Shown here: in pieces, positions 11,118 to 20,782 of the stretch
Numbering within the stretch: position 1 is the first letter of the stretch
Layout of the letters: each line of letters begins with the position of its first letter
NCBI GenBank assembly: GCA_022574495.1
Contig: JACZRW010000001.1
Location: 1 to 52,549 of the forward strand
Source of the DNA: Patescibacteria group bacterium
GTDB taxonomy: Bacteria; Patescibacteriota; Microgenomatia; Woykebacterales; RBG-16-39-9b
Length of the DNA stretch: 52,549 nt
Direction: 5' to 3'
The notes under the pieces: model-generated
Seen by the model: only the letters and a program-made list of their open reading frames with translations
Databases searched by the model: none
Told to the model about the DNA's origin: nothing
Translations under genes and position numbers: made by a program

Positions 11118-11164
11118 GGTTCTTGATTGACATGAGGCAGTAAAAGTTGGTAACCTTAGTTTAA

Positions 11165-12808
11165 ATGGAGTCTCAAACTGTCCAACAAACTCCTCAACCT
11201 GAGGTTCAAGAAACCCCGAAGCCTTCAGGATCTAAAACTCGCATTGTAATTCTAATTGTAATATTAGTAATAGTGGTAGTTGCGGGGGTTGGTTTTTTCT
11301 TATTAATAAATAAAGGGCAAGAAGAAACTGGTCCAAAGGTAATTACCGGTTTGGATATAGAATCTATCACAATAGCACAGTCCCCTGCCTTTTCCGGCAT
11401 ATTTCCAGATTCAGTTCCAGATTTTGCAGAAGTTGTTTTCAACAACAATATTTTCGATGGTTTGGGGAGGATTGTTGATGGTGAGGTAAAGCCGGCTCTG
11501 GCTACAAGCTGGACGAATCCAGATAACACAACCTGGAGATTTACTTTACGTAAGGGTGTAAAATTCCACAACGGAGATGTGTTAAAGGCATCTGATGTAA
11601 AATTCAGTATTGACACCGCCCTGAAAGAAGAATGGCCCAATTCATTTAATCTTGGTACCGTGGACACCGTAGAAGTCGTGGATGACTTTACGGTGGATAT
11701 CAAAACAACATCACCAGATCCTGTTCTTCTCAATAGGATGGTTTTCGCCTTCATCGTGTCCGAAAAACAATATAAGAATCGAGGTGAAAGCGAAGCAGTT
11801 GGAACCGGTCCCTATAAATTCGTAAAAATGGATAAAGAACAAGTAACGCTTGAAGCTAACAATAATTATTTCTTGGGGACGCCAAAGGTAAAGAAAGTAG
11901 TCTATAAATTCTTCTCTGATGACGTTACTGATAAACAGTTGGTAGAGGCTCTTAAAAAAGGAGATGTAGATTTAGCTAAAGTAACCGACCAAAAATTAAG
12001 CCAAACATTGGGTTCTAGTTTCCAAGTAAAAAGTTTAGCCGACCCATTCATATCATTCCTCTGGATGGATACAGCTCGCGACAAAAGTCCTTATATTGAT
12101 AAATCACCAAATCCATTGAAGAGCAAACTTGTTCGCCAAGCCATGTATAAGGTAATCAATGTGAATAATATTATAAAGGAAGCCTCTATTTCTGCCGTTC
12201 CTGCCTCTCAATATGTCACCGACGCTATATTTGGATACAATTCGAATATAAATCGTCCGGCGCCAAATGTTGATGAAGCAAAGGATTTGATGAAACAATC
12301 GGGTTTTGCGGATGGATTTAATATCACGCTAGATATCCCAGGATTTAGATTAAAGGAAGGTGAAGCAATCGCTAAAGACCTTGAAAAAATTAACATAAAG
12401 ACCAAGGTAAATGGGTTAACAAGAGATGAGGGTTTTGAAAAATTGGTGATTAAACAAGACACTTCTTTATTTGTTTTTGATTATGGTGCGGAGACTTATG
12501 ATGCTGGTGAAATATTCACAGACATTTTACATTCAACAGATGATACCTATGGATCAGTCAACCTAACAAGCTATAGCAACGTGGAGACAGACAAATTAGC
12601 AGAAGAAATAGCCTCAATATTTGACACTAAGACCAGGGCAACCAAACTTCAAGAAGCTATGGTGAAGGTTATGGAAGATTTACCTATCATACCTCTTTAC
12701 AGCCTGAAATCTTATTACACTTTTGGTAATGATATTGACTGGACCCCTACTGCCTTTGGAGCCATCTATGCCAATGAGATTTCCGGTCGAGAAGTTATTA
12801 CTCAATAA
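11165..12808 (+). CDS. ABC substrate-binding protein, family 5 (peptide/nickel type), TM-anchored, orphan
   Basis: PALATSW, WRFTLRKGVKFHNG and GTGPYKF motifs. Confidence 0.9.
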   Translation: MESQTVQQTPQPEVQETPKPSGSKTRIVILIVILVIVVVAGVGFFLLINKGQEETGPKVITGLDIESITIAQSPAFSGIFPDSVPDFAEVVFNNNIFDGLGRIVDGEVKPALATSWTNPDNTTWRFTLRKGVKFHNGDVLKASDVKFSIDTALKEEWPNSFNLGTVDTVEVVDDFTVDIKTTSPDPVLLNRMVFAFIVSEKQYKNRGESEAVGTGPYKFVKMDKEQVTLEANNNYFLGTPKVKKVVYKFFSDDVTDKQLVEALKKGDVDLAKVTDQKLSQTLGSSFQVKSLADPFISFLWMDTARDKSPYIDKSPNPLKSKLVRQAMYKVINVNNIIKEASISAVPASQYVTDAIFGYNSNINRPAPNVDEAKDLMKQSGFADGFNITLDIPGFRLKEGEAIAKDLEKINIKTKVNGLTRDEGFEKLVIKQDTSLFVFDYGAETYDAGEIFTDILHSTDDTYGSVNLTSYSNVETDKLAEEIASIFDTKTRATKLQEAMVKVMEDLPIIPLYSLKSYYTFGNDIDWTPTAFGAIYANEISGREVITQ

Positions 12809-12863
12809 CACTAACACCTAAGGTTACTACTATCTCCCATTGTGCTAAAATTTATTTAGAAAA

Positions 12864-14342
12864 ATGAAACTCCTGCCTGAAGCAATTGGTAAATCCCTAA
12901 GATTTAAATTCGGCTTATTAGTATTGGTGCTTCTATTTTTGGTCTATACCGTTTCCACTGGAGTTTTAATTTACCAAAATATAAACACCCAGAGAAATAT
13001 TCTAATTTCCCAAGTAAGAGCTTTTGCAAAACTGTCAGCAAAACCAATCGGAGGAAATTATTCGCTTTATTTTGATTCAGGATATTTAAAATTCAAGGAA
13101 CTCACCCAAGAGATTCTGTCATTGAATAATGATGTTGAAAGAGTACAGATAATTTCAGTTAAAGGAGAAGTATTATTTGATTCGGACGATCTAGAATTTG
13201 GTAAATCCACAGTGATTTGGGCAGTTGAAGATCAGACAATCTTAGCCAATGTGAATTCTAATGTCGAAAGTGAAGTGCCACCCCGTAAAAAAAATTCGAG
13301 GCCAGAGCAGATAGTAGAACCATACTTTGAAGATTTTGGTGCTCACCCATTTTCGATCCGATATTTTATTTCTTACGATTCTGTATCCCAAAACCTTTTT
13401 TCTACAATCCTAACCACACTGCTTCTTAGTTTTATTTTTTTCGCTGGGTCTATTATTTTAATAATTTCGGTGGTTAATCGAACAATTATAGCCCCGATAG
13501 AAACCGTGATTCAAGGAGCGAGAAAAATTAGTAAGGGCGATTTCTCGCATAAAATTGAGGTTGATACAAAAGACGAGGTGGAAGATTTAGCCTTAGCCGT
13601 TAACCAAATGGCTCAGACTCTAAGAAAAAATATTGATGATCTAAAAGAGCTAGATAAACTGAAGGACGAATTTATTTATTTAGCCTCACATAATTTAAGA
13701 ACCCCTCTGACTGTAATTAAAGGCTATGTTAGCTCTCTTCAAGAAGACAGTTCTTTAAATACAGAAACTCGGGAGCAGTTAGTTAATATTTCTAAAAGCA
13801 CTAAAGAGCTCGAAATAATAACGGAAACTCTTCTTAGTTTAGTTTCGCTGGAAAAAGGAGAGAAACCAGTAATAAAAAAACAAATAGATTTAGTTCCTAT
13901 GCTTGAAGAAATTAGCGGAAAATTACAGGAAAAGGCTCTTGAGAAAGGGATAAATTTTATATTCGAATTACCAGAAAAGACACTTCCCGAGGTAGCGTTA
14001 GAAGAGGACCGGATCAAACAAGCTTTTATTGCCCTTGTGGATAACGCTATTAAATTTAATAAAAAAAACGGTAAAGTAATAATAAAATTTCATAGAAATA
14101 CCGACGGTGTTGTTATTTCAATAAAAGATGAAGGTATAGGTATTCCTAATGATAAGAGAGACAAGGTTTTTAAGAAATTCCAACGTATTAATGATATCTT
14201 GACATATGATTATGTAGGTATTGGGCTTGGTCTTTATGTAACTAAACTGATAATTGAGGCTCATGGAGGGAAGATTTGGTTTGATTCTAAAGTGGGTGAA
14301 GGGTCTACTTTTCACGTAAGTTTACCACTAGCTGGTTCTTAG
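12864..14342 (+). CDS. HAMP-domain sensor histidine kinase
   Basis: Two TMs, HAMP domain, H-box SHNLRTPLT, N-box DNAIKF, G1 DEGIGIP, G2 GLGL. Confidence 0.93.
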   Translation: MKLLPEAIGKSLRFKFGLLVLVLLFLVYTVSTGVLIYQNINTQRNILISQVRAFAKLSAKPIGGNYSLYFDSGYLKFKELTQEILSLNNDVERVQIISVKGEVLFDSDDLEFGKSTVIWAVEDQTILANVNSNVESEVPPRKKNSRPEQIVEPYFEDFGAHPFSIRYFISYDSVSQNLFSTILTTLLLSFIFFAGSIILIISVVNRTIIAPIETVIQGARKISKGDFSHKIEVDTKDEVEDLALAVNQMAQTLRKNIDDLKELDKLKDEFIYLASHNLRTPLTVIKGYVSSLQEDSSLNTETREQLVNISKSTKELEIITETLLSLVSLEKGEKPVIKKQIDLVPMLEEISGKLQEKALEKGINFIFELPEKTLPEVALEEDRIKQAFIALVDNAIKFNKKNGKVIIKFHRNTDGVVISIKDEGIGIPNDKRDKVFKKFQRINDILTYDYVGIGLGLYVTKLIIEAHGGKIWFDSKVGEGSTFHVSLPLAGS

Positions 14343-14371
14343 TCTTAACTACGCAGGATTGTATAGTACTA

Positions 14372-15091
14372 TCAGTGTATAGGTAAATAAGCTTGCGGAT
14401 CCACGTTCTTGCCATCAGAGTAAACTTCTAAGTGAAGGTGAGAACCAGTTGCATAGCCAGTGGCTCCAACTAATCCAATTGTGGTTTCTTTGGTTACTCT
14501 TTGCCCAGTTTTTACATTAATTTTTGAAAGGTGGGCGTATCGTGAAGTAAATCCAGCCGTGTGTTTAATTATTACTGAATAGCCATACCCTCCGTCCCAT
14601 CCTGCTAGTGTCACTTTTCCTTCCGCAATTGGATTGATATCGGTACCGTACGATCTCGGAATATCGATTGCCGGGTGTATAAACCAAAAACCTTGTGACA
14701 GACTACCATCAACTGGTCTTTGAAATACTGGTGCAGGGCTAGCTTTAACTTGATCCTCGATCACATATTCAACATTTCTTTCCTGTGTATAATTAGTATC
14801 GATTGGTTCTAAAGTTGAAGCTGGAACCAATTGGAGCGTACTAATACTAATTGCAAATATTCCAAAAACGTACCTTTTCAAGGCTTTATTGGCTATCTTA
14901 GCTGATTTTTTTGCCCAATGGTAAAATTCCCGTCCGGAAATTAAAGCATCAAACAAGATGGAATTAGTATTAAATCCAACCTGTCTGACTAAACGGGGTG
15001 AAACATAAACGCGGTGAATAGAACTATTTAATTGTTCTTTCCGCTGGGGCAGAGAGCGACCAGCTAAGCCGGCTTTTCTCTGTTTTAGCAT
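14372..15091 (-). CDS. M23-family metallopeptidase (start uncertain)
   Basis: HPAIDI, YAHLS and TG.ATGSHLHLEV motifs. Confidence 0.88.
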   Translation of the reverse strand: MLKQRKAGLAGRSLPQRKEQLNSSIHRVYVSPRLVRQVGFNTNSILFDALISGREFYHWAKKSAKIANKALKRYVFGIFAISISTLQLVPASTLEPIDTNYTQERNVEYVIEDQVKASPAPVFQRPVDGSLSQGFWFIHPAIDIPRSYGTDINPIAEGKVTLAGWDGGYGYSVIIKHTAGFTSRYAHLSKINVKTGQRVTKETTIGLVGATGYATGSHLHLEVYSDGKNVDPQAYLPIH

Positions 15092-15328
15092 ATCCCCCGA
15101 AAGTTCGGGGAACAAAAAAATTCTCCCGCAATTTTGGAAGACGAGGGCATTATACTAAACGGTCAAGAAAAAGTCAAGGCCTTAGGGCCGCAGACCCCGC
15201 CGAAACGCTCTTTGAACCGGGTATGGATAAGCGAAGCTTGTGAACTTCGTTCTAATATACTGAAAAGGTGAAAAGTAAGGCTATGTGGGGTCAAGTCTAT
15301 GACCTTCACCCGAAGCTTTATCGTAATG

Positions 15329-15402
15329 TGGAGGCGACGAGCGGATTCGAACCGCCGTAAAAGGTTTTGCAGACCTCTACCTAGCCACTCGGTCACGTCG
15401 CC
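15329..15402 (-). tRNA. tRNA-Cys (GCA) with encoded CCA
   Basis: GGCGACGTGACCGAGTGGCTAGGTAGAGGTCTGCAAAACCTTTTACGGCGGTTCGAATCCGCTCGTCGCCTCCA. Confidence 0.97.
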
Positions 15403-15470
15403 CCAGTTTGAGCCTAGATTATAGCATATGAACTTAAAAAGATAAAACATTAATCGTGGATACCTTGTAA

Positions 15471-15509
15471 CCTATAGTGGTTGACTTTCAGTTAGAAATG
15501 TGTTAGAAT
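15471..15509 (+). promoter_or_regulatory. Cassette promoter 1 with CCTATAGT motif
   Basis: cctatagt-gg-TTGACT-17bp-TAGAAT with extended -10 TG. Confidence 0.75.
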
Positions 15510-15919
15510 CTAGGTTCTAAATAAGGCACGAATAAAGAAATATTGTACGTGGAATTTTTAGTTCTTTTGAGCTAAGGATTTTAGTTGCAAGATTTATTTT
15601 AGGTATTTTGCTCCTTAAAAACTCCTTACTTGAGTTACGTAATCATGAACAACTCGTGGTTACTTACCTCGAGTGAGGTTCGCGAGAGCGGTAAAAAATA
15701 TAGTTATACATTCAAAAGAAAGGATGGTAAGCGATACATGCACTAAGAGGCCAAAACCACCAGATCCGGTAGCGAGCATCCCTGCTCTACAAGAATGGTC
15801 TCCCTTCGGAGAGGCAAGTCCGTAATCTAACAACGGGCGGAGCAGGGAGGGTTTTAGTCCCTTCGGGGATACCCTGCTCATGATGCGCATAACATCAACC
15901 GGAGAAGGAGGAATTTGCC

Positions 15920-18900
15920 TTGGATGGCATTCTACCAATCTCCCAGTACCGTGAGTACATAGTGCAAACGGTGCGAGACAACCAGGTTACAATCTTGGTT
16001 GGTGAGACAGGTAGCGGCAAAACCACACAAGTTCCGGTGTATCTTCTGGATGCTGGCTTCGGTCAGCGAGGACGCATCGGAATCACCCAACCTCGACGTC
16101 TAGCTGCCACTTCGGTGGCCGAGTACGTCGCGGATCGTATGGGTTGCCGAGTAGGCGAAGAAGTGGGTTATCAGATCCGCTTCGACGACACTACGACTGA
16201 GGGTACTCGGATCAGTTTCATGACTGACGGCATACTTCTGCAGGAAGCAAAGAGCGACCCGCTCTTCTCTCGTTATGAAGTTTTGGTGTTTGATGAAGCA
16301 CACGAGCGCAACCTCAACACCGACTTTGGTCTTGGTTTGGTCAAGCACGCCCTCAACACGCGAGATGACCTGAAGGTCGTTATCATGTCGGCCACAATCG
16401 ACGCCGATAAGTTCTCCGCCTTTTTCGGCGGGGCACCGATCATTAACGTCGAAGGTAAGACGTACCCAGTTGAGGTGCGCTACCTCGATGCGGTCGACGA
16501 GCAAGACGCGCAGGACCTCTTCATGGACCGTTCCATTGAGGCCCTCGCCGCCTTCAAGGTTGGTCAGATCCACCGCTCTGGCAAGCCGGGAGACATCCTG
16601 GTCTTCATGCCAGGGAAGGATGAGATCTACAAAACCATCCGATTAATTGAACAACTGCATCACCAAGACCTGCACACCCTAGCAGTTTACGGGGACATGA
16701 CGCCTCAGGAACAGCGTCGAATTTTCGACCGGTTTTCTGGACGAAAGGTGATCGTAGCTACCAACATTGCCGAGACCAGCATTACCATAGACGGCGTCGT
16801 GCACGTTGTCGACAGCGGGCTCATCAAGCAGATGAACTTTGACCCCAACACAGGGATCAGGTCTTTAAGCGTGACTGAGCACTCAAAGTCTGGTCTTGCG
16901 CAGCGACTTGGTCGAGCTGGACGCACCCAACCTGGTGTGTGTTGGCGGCTTTTCCTCTCTGAGGAGTACGAGACAGGCCGTCTTCCCTACCAGGGATGGA
17001 GCAAGAAGCAGCGCGATCAATTCACCAAACCAGAAATCCTGCGTACTGACCTAGCTGGTGTTGTCCTTCGGATGATCGGCATCGGTATCACCGACGTCGA
17101 GAGTTTCGAGTTTGTGGATATGCCAGTCGCTGGGGCAATCCATAACGCTTACGAAGCTCTCAAGGCTCTCGAGGCGTTGAACGAGGACAACCAGATCACC
17201 ACTCTTGGCCATCGGTTGCTTGATCTTCCGGTTGAGCCAAGAATCGGTCGAATGATCCTTGCCGCTGAGGACTACGGCTGTGCTGACGAGATTGTCACCA
17301 TCGCCGCCAGCCTTTCGGTGCGAGACGTCTTCCGACGTCCCAGGGACAAGGAGCTTGAAGCTGATGCAGCCAAAGCCCGCTTCACTGACCCAAGGAGCGA
17401 CTTCCTCACCACCCTCAACGTGGTTGAGCAGTATCTCGCTAACCAGGGTATAAGGGAGTGGACACAAGACAACTTCCTGAACTATCGAGCTTTGGAACAA
17501 CTCCTCAACATCCGTGGACAGCTCTTGGAAATCCTCGAGCGACTGCGTGTTGAGGTAGCATCGGTTGGGTATCGCAAACCCAAAGATCGATTCGACCCCA
17601 GTCCGGAGGAAAAGGCCCAAGCTGAAGCAATTGGTAAGGCCGTGACCGCGGGCTTGATTCAGAACCTTTCAATTCTCCGCAGGGGTGTGGACTACGTCCG
17701 CAACGGTGATCTAGTTCGCATCCACCCCGGTAGTGGTCTTTTCAGTGAGCTACCTCGCCTTCTTACCTGCGATAGTATCGTGAAAACGAAAACCCGCAAA
17801 AGCGGCATGATGAACTTCGCCAGAAGTTGTCAAGAGGTAGAACTTCCCTGGGTGGAGGAGATTGCCCCCCATCTACTGAAGACGGAGGTTGAAACGACGC
17901 CGTCCTGGAGCTACTCTCCAGAGGAAGGATACGTATACCAACGTCGAACGTACCTGGCCGGTGTCGAGATCTCCAGCGAGTCCACCCCTGCAAAGGGACC
18001 GGAAGTGGTACGGAAGTTTGCCGAGGATCTAGCCAACGAGCAAAGGTTCCTTAGCTTCATCAACCACAACCAGCAGGTCATGTACAGACTCGAGACAATT
18101 TATAGGGCAAGTGGCGGAATAACCAAGCTTCTTACCCGAGAAGAGCTCACTGAATTTTATGTCGAGCGGCTTGGGGACGCTACCACTAAAGCCGAATCCG
18201 AAGAGAAGAATCTGCAACTGAACCTCGATGACTACGTGTCTGCTGAGGAGAGGAAGCAGTACGGGTCAGAGCGACCGTCGCTGGTGTCTCAAGCAAGGGC
18301 CAGAATTTCCGATTTGGCGACAACCTTGCGAAAGGAAAGTCCGAAGGAACTCGATGAATTTACCAAAAACAAAATCGAGGACCTAAGGAAACGTCTAGAC
18401 GCCATGTCGTTGGACCCCAAAGAGTGGGGTTTCCAGTCTGGTTGGAACGGTAGTAGCCAGATCCGTTCCCTTTTGGGAGATCTACGCTCAGCCGAGGATA
18501 ATCTTCGGTGGGATCAGGAGACAGAGGCAGCTCGTGCAAAGATAGATTCTGTTCGCAGTTCTGTCGAGCGCCATGAGGAGCTGCACCAGCGAAGGCTGGA
18601 ACGACAAGCAAGAAAAGCGGAGGAGGAGCGGCAGGCCGAAGAGGAGCGCAGACAGCTTCAGCAGGAGGAGGAAGGATATAAGGAGTACGAGACAGCGCTA
18701 GTAGCGCTGAAGGCGAAGGCAGGAAGTTGGCCTGGCTTCGGTACCTATCAGTTCCCGTTCAACGCAAATGGTGATCCTGAGGATTATCTCCAAGACGGGT
18801 TTACCCACACGTTGGATTGGGATCACACTGAGGTGCTACCGGACGAGAACGAGTCTTATTGGGGCTTCGTTACTCAGACAATTCCACAAAATGGCGGTGG

Positions 18901-18964
18901 AACAATCAGAAAGATTGCTCTGCTACTGGAAGTCCGAAGCAAACCAGCTCACCTGTCTGACTAG
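15920..18964 (+). CDS. DEAH-box RNA helicase (HrpA/Prp43-like) with a novel C-terminal extension; GC-rich
   Basis: GETGSGKTT, TQPRRLAA, DEAH, MSAT, ATNIAETSITI and QRLGRAGR motifs; HA2-like region; TTG start after SD aaggagga. Confidence 0.92.
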   Translation: MDGILPISQYREYIVQTVRDNQVTILVGETGSGKTTQVPVYLLDAGFGQRGRIGITQPRRLAATSVAEYVADRMGCRVGEEVGYQIRFDDTTTEGTRISFMTDGILLQEAKSDPLFSRYEVLVFDEAHERNLNTDFGLGLVKHALNTRDDLKVVIMSATIDADKFSAFFGGAPIINVEGKTYPVEVRYLDAVDEQDAQDLFMDRSIEALAAFKVGQIHRSGKPGDILVFMPGKDEIYKTIRLIEQLHHQDLHTLAVYGDMTPQEQRRIFDRFSGRKVIVATNIAETSITIDGVVHVVDSGLIKQMNFDPNTGIRSLSVTEHSKSGLAQRLGRAGRTQPGVCWRLFLSEEYETGRLPYQGWSKKQRDQFTKPEILRTDLAGVVLRMIGIGITDVESFEFVDMPVAGAIHNAYEALKALEALNEDNQITTLGHRLLDLPVEPRIGRMILAAEDYGCADEIVTIAASLSVRDVFRRPRDKELEADAAKARFTDPRSDFLTTLNVVEQYLANQGIREWTQDNFLNYRALEQLLNIRGQLLEILERLRVEVASVGYRKPKDRFDPSPEEKAQAEAIGKAVTAGLIQNLSILRRGVDYVRNGDLVRIHPGSGLFSELPRLLTCDSIVKTKTRKSGMMNFARSCQEVELPWVEEIAPHLLKTEVETTPSWSYSPEEGYVYQRRTYLAGVEISSESTPAKGPEVVRKFAEDLANEQRFLSFINHNQQVMYRLETIYRASGGITKLLTREELTEFYVERLGDATTKAESEEKNLQLNLDDYVSAEERKQYGSERPSLVSQARARISDLATTLRKESPKELDEFTKNKIEDLRKRLDAMSLDPKEWGFQSGWNGSSQIRSLLGDLRSAEDNLRWDQETEAARAKIDSVRSSVERHEELHQRRLERQARKAEEERQAEEERRQLQQEEEGYKEYETALVALKAKAGSWPGFGTYQFPFNANGDPEDYLQDGFTHTLDWDHTEVLPDENESYWGFVTQTIPQNGGGTIRKIALLLEVRSKPAHLSD

Positions 18965-18995
18965 ACAAATAGGAAACACGTAACCTTAAGCGTGA

Positions 18996-19046
18996 GCCCA
19001 GGGATATAGTTACTCACTCGAGTAGCCGAAATGACCTGGGTTTTTC
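18996..19046 (+). terminator. Interrupted hairpin terminator closing the helicase cassette
   Basis: gcccagg...cctgggttttt with an internal hairpin. Confidence 0.6.
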
Positions 19047-19050
19047 ATTT

Positions 19051-20154
19051 CTACAATTTCTTTGCGTATTTGGAGAAGATCCAACCTGTTTTTGAGGCTT
19101 CGTAGATTATCTCGAACCAATCCCCTTGCTCTTTAGTTAAGCTAAACGTTTCTCCAGGTTTAATTTTTATAAGCACGTTATTGTTCGTACTCGGTCCGGA
19201 ACGAACGTTCAGAAACCCATTTGGTGTGTCCAATACTTCAATTTGAGTCGAGGCTTTTTTCGTCGAACCACCTTTGGTAATTTTATCCCATTCTTTTTTA
19301 GCTTCGGTCGATAATTTACCAGCAGAACTACTTAAATACCCTACGGTTATTTCTTTTTTCTTAGAATAATCCACAATTAGTGTGTAAGATTTACCATTTT
19401 CATCAATCAAAAGATCATATTTTTTAGGTACATTTTTCTCACTATTTTGAAAATACCAAATTGCTTCTACCCAAGCCCGGTAATCCTCATTTAAGTTAGT
19501 GTTATTTGTGGGTAAGTCGAACAAGGTAAATTTTCCTTTTTCAGAAAGTTTATCCGTCTTGGGATAAGGATCCAGTGCTAAAGCAACCCAAACTGTCAAC
19601 CTAAAACCACTCTCTATGTTAATACCAATCTCCCTAGTTATGTAACCCTCCTTCGAGATCTTAAGTTTGTGCACACCTGGATCGATGACTTGGGATATAG
19701 TCGAGGCCCCTAAAGACTCACCGTTCAGAGAGATCTCTGCTTTGTCCGGTTCGGTGACAACCGAGATTCCGGCCCCGGATCTTAAATCCAATATCTCTCC
19801 AGAGGAAAATTTCTGGCTTGGCGCAAACTCGTAATTAACACTTGTCACTGCGGAAGGGTTTAAATCGATTTTTTGCTTAAGTTCAACTGCCCTAAAAGTT
19901 TTTTCTTTTGCTTGTTCAGAAAAAGTTTGGACGTTCGCTTTCAGGAGAATGTCATAACTGCCCACCTTCAAGTCCTTCTTTTGAAGAGGTGATTCTCCAA
20001 TCACCTCCCCAGACAAAAGTATTTTTGATGTTGGCGAACTAGTTACTTTAAGGAATGCTTGTGGGGGGCTAAGCTGAGGAATTAAAAACTGATAAATAAA
20101 AAAACCGGCTACTAAAATTATTGCAAAGGCAGACACTTGTAATATCTTTTTCAT
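19051..20154 (-). CDS. PEGA-domain plus C-terminal SH3b exported protein
   Basis: ISVVTEPDKAEISLNG...GVHKLKISKEGY (PEGA); LNVRSGPS...GDWFEI...GWI (SH3b). Confidence 0.85.
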   Translation of the reverse strand: MKKILQVSAFAIILVAGFFIYQFLIPQLSPPQAFLKVTSSPTSKILLSGEVIGESPLQKKDLKVGSYDILLKANVQTFSEQAKEKTFRAVELKQKIDLNPSAVTSVNYEFAPSQKFSSGEILDLRSGAGISVVTEPDKAEISLNGESLGASTISQVIDPGVHKLKISKEGYITREIGINIESGFRLTVWVALALDPYPKTDKLSEKGKFTLFDLPTNNTNLNEDYRAWVEAIWYFQNSEKNVPKKYDLLIDENGKSYTLIVDYSKKKEITVGYLSSSAGKLSTEAKKEWDKITKGGSTKKASTQIEVLDTPNGFLNVRSGPSTNNNVLIKIKPGETFSLTKEQGDWFEIIYEASKTGWIFSKYAKKL

Positions 20155-20236
20155 CTAGAAGAAAAAGGATACCATAATGTGGTTTGCCCGTAAACTCTAC
20201 TTGTTTATCTATATAAAAGTTGATAGATTTTAATTA

Positions 20237-20782
20237 GTGTCTAAATTGTCGTTTCTAAAACTGCTCGATTCTTTTATACTTCCTTTTGTGGTGGTACTAG
20301 GTTCAAAATACCTTAGCGCTTTAGTAATTAATCTAGCACTATTTATAAATTGGGAGTTTGGTTTTTCCGTTTTTCAGATTTTCTCACTACCCTTCGTTCG
20401 GTATTCCAGCGACGAAGATTTAATGTTAGTAAATTCTATATCATCCTTAGTTATGAGTCTTGTATTAGCATTTGGTTTTACCTTGATATTGTTTAGATTC
20501 CAGTTTTTTCACGAAGATTTTATACCACCAAAAATCGCTTCAGTTTTACATTCAAAAAAACTGGATAAATTGATTATCAACAAGTCTCAATCTCATAATC
20601 AATTGATAACATGGTTTATTTTAGCTTGGGCAACTTTTTTAATAATTTTACTAGAATTTATCGGGGGAACTGTGAGTTTAATTGTGTTGGTTATTAACCT
20701 AACTATGGTCTCATTTCTTAGTGCGGTTTTGATATTTGATATGTTGCGAAAAGGTTCTACTGCAAGGGCAAGGCATAGATAA
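20237..20782 (+). CDS. Hypothetical membrane protein (about 4 TM)
   Basis: Hydrophobic ORF; GTG start just after a -10-like box. Confidence 0.7.
   Translation: MSKLSFLKLLDSFILPFVVVLGSKYLSALVINLALFINWEFGFSVFQIFSLPFVRYSSDEDLMLVNSISSLVMSLVLAFGFTLILFRFQFFHEDFIPPKIASVLHSKKLDKLIINKSQSHNQLITWFILAWATFLIILLEFIGGTVSLIVLVINLTMVSFLSAVLIFDMLRKGSTARARHR

Noticed and set aside
15163..15938. Track ORFs 15163-15450 and 15660-15938 (-)
   Set aside because: The first runs through tRNA-Cys; the second is antisense to the structured helicase leader.
16100..18983. Several long antisense or alternate-frame ORFs within the helicase gene
   Set aside because: Expected shadow ORFs of a GC-rich coding sequence.
15329..19050. 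Helicase island as a classical tRNA-integrated element
   Set aside because: It lies on the 5' side of the tRNA; I saw no duplicated tRNA 3' end and no integrase.
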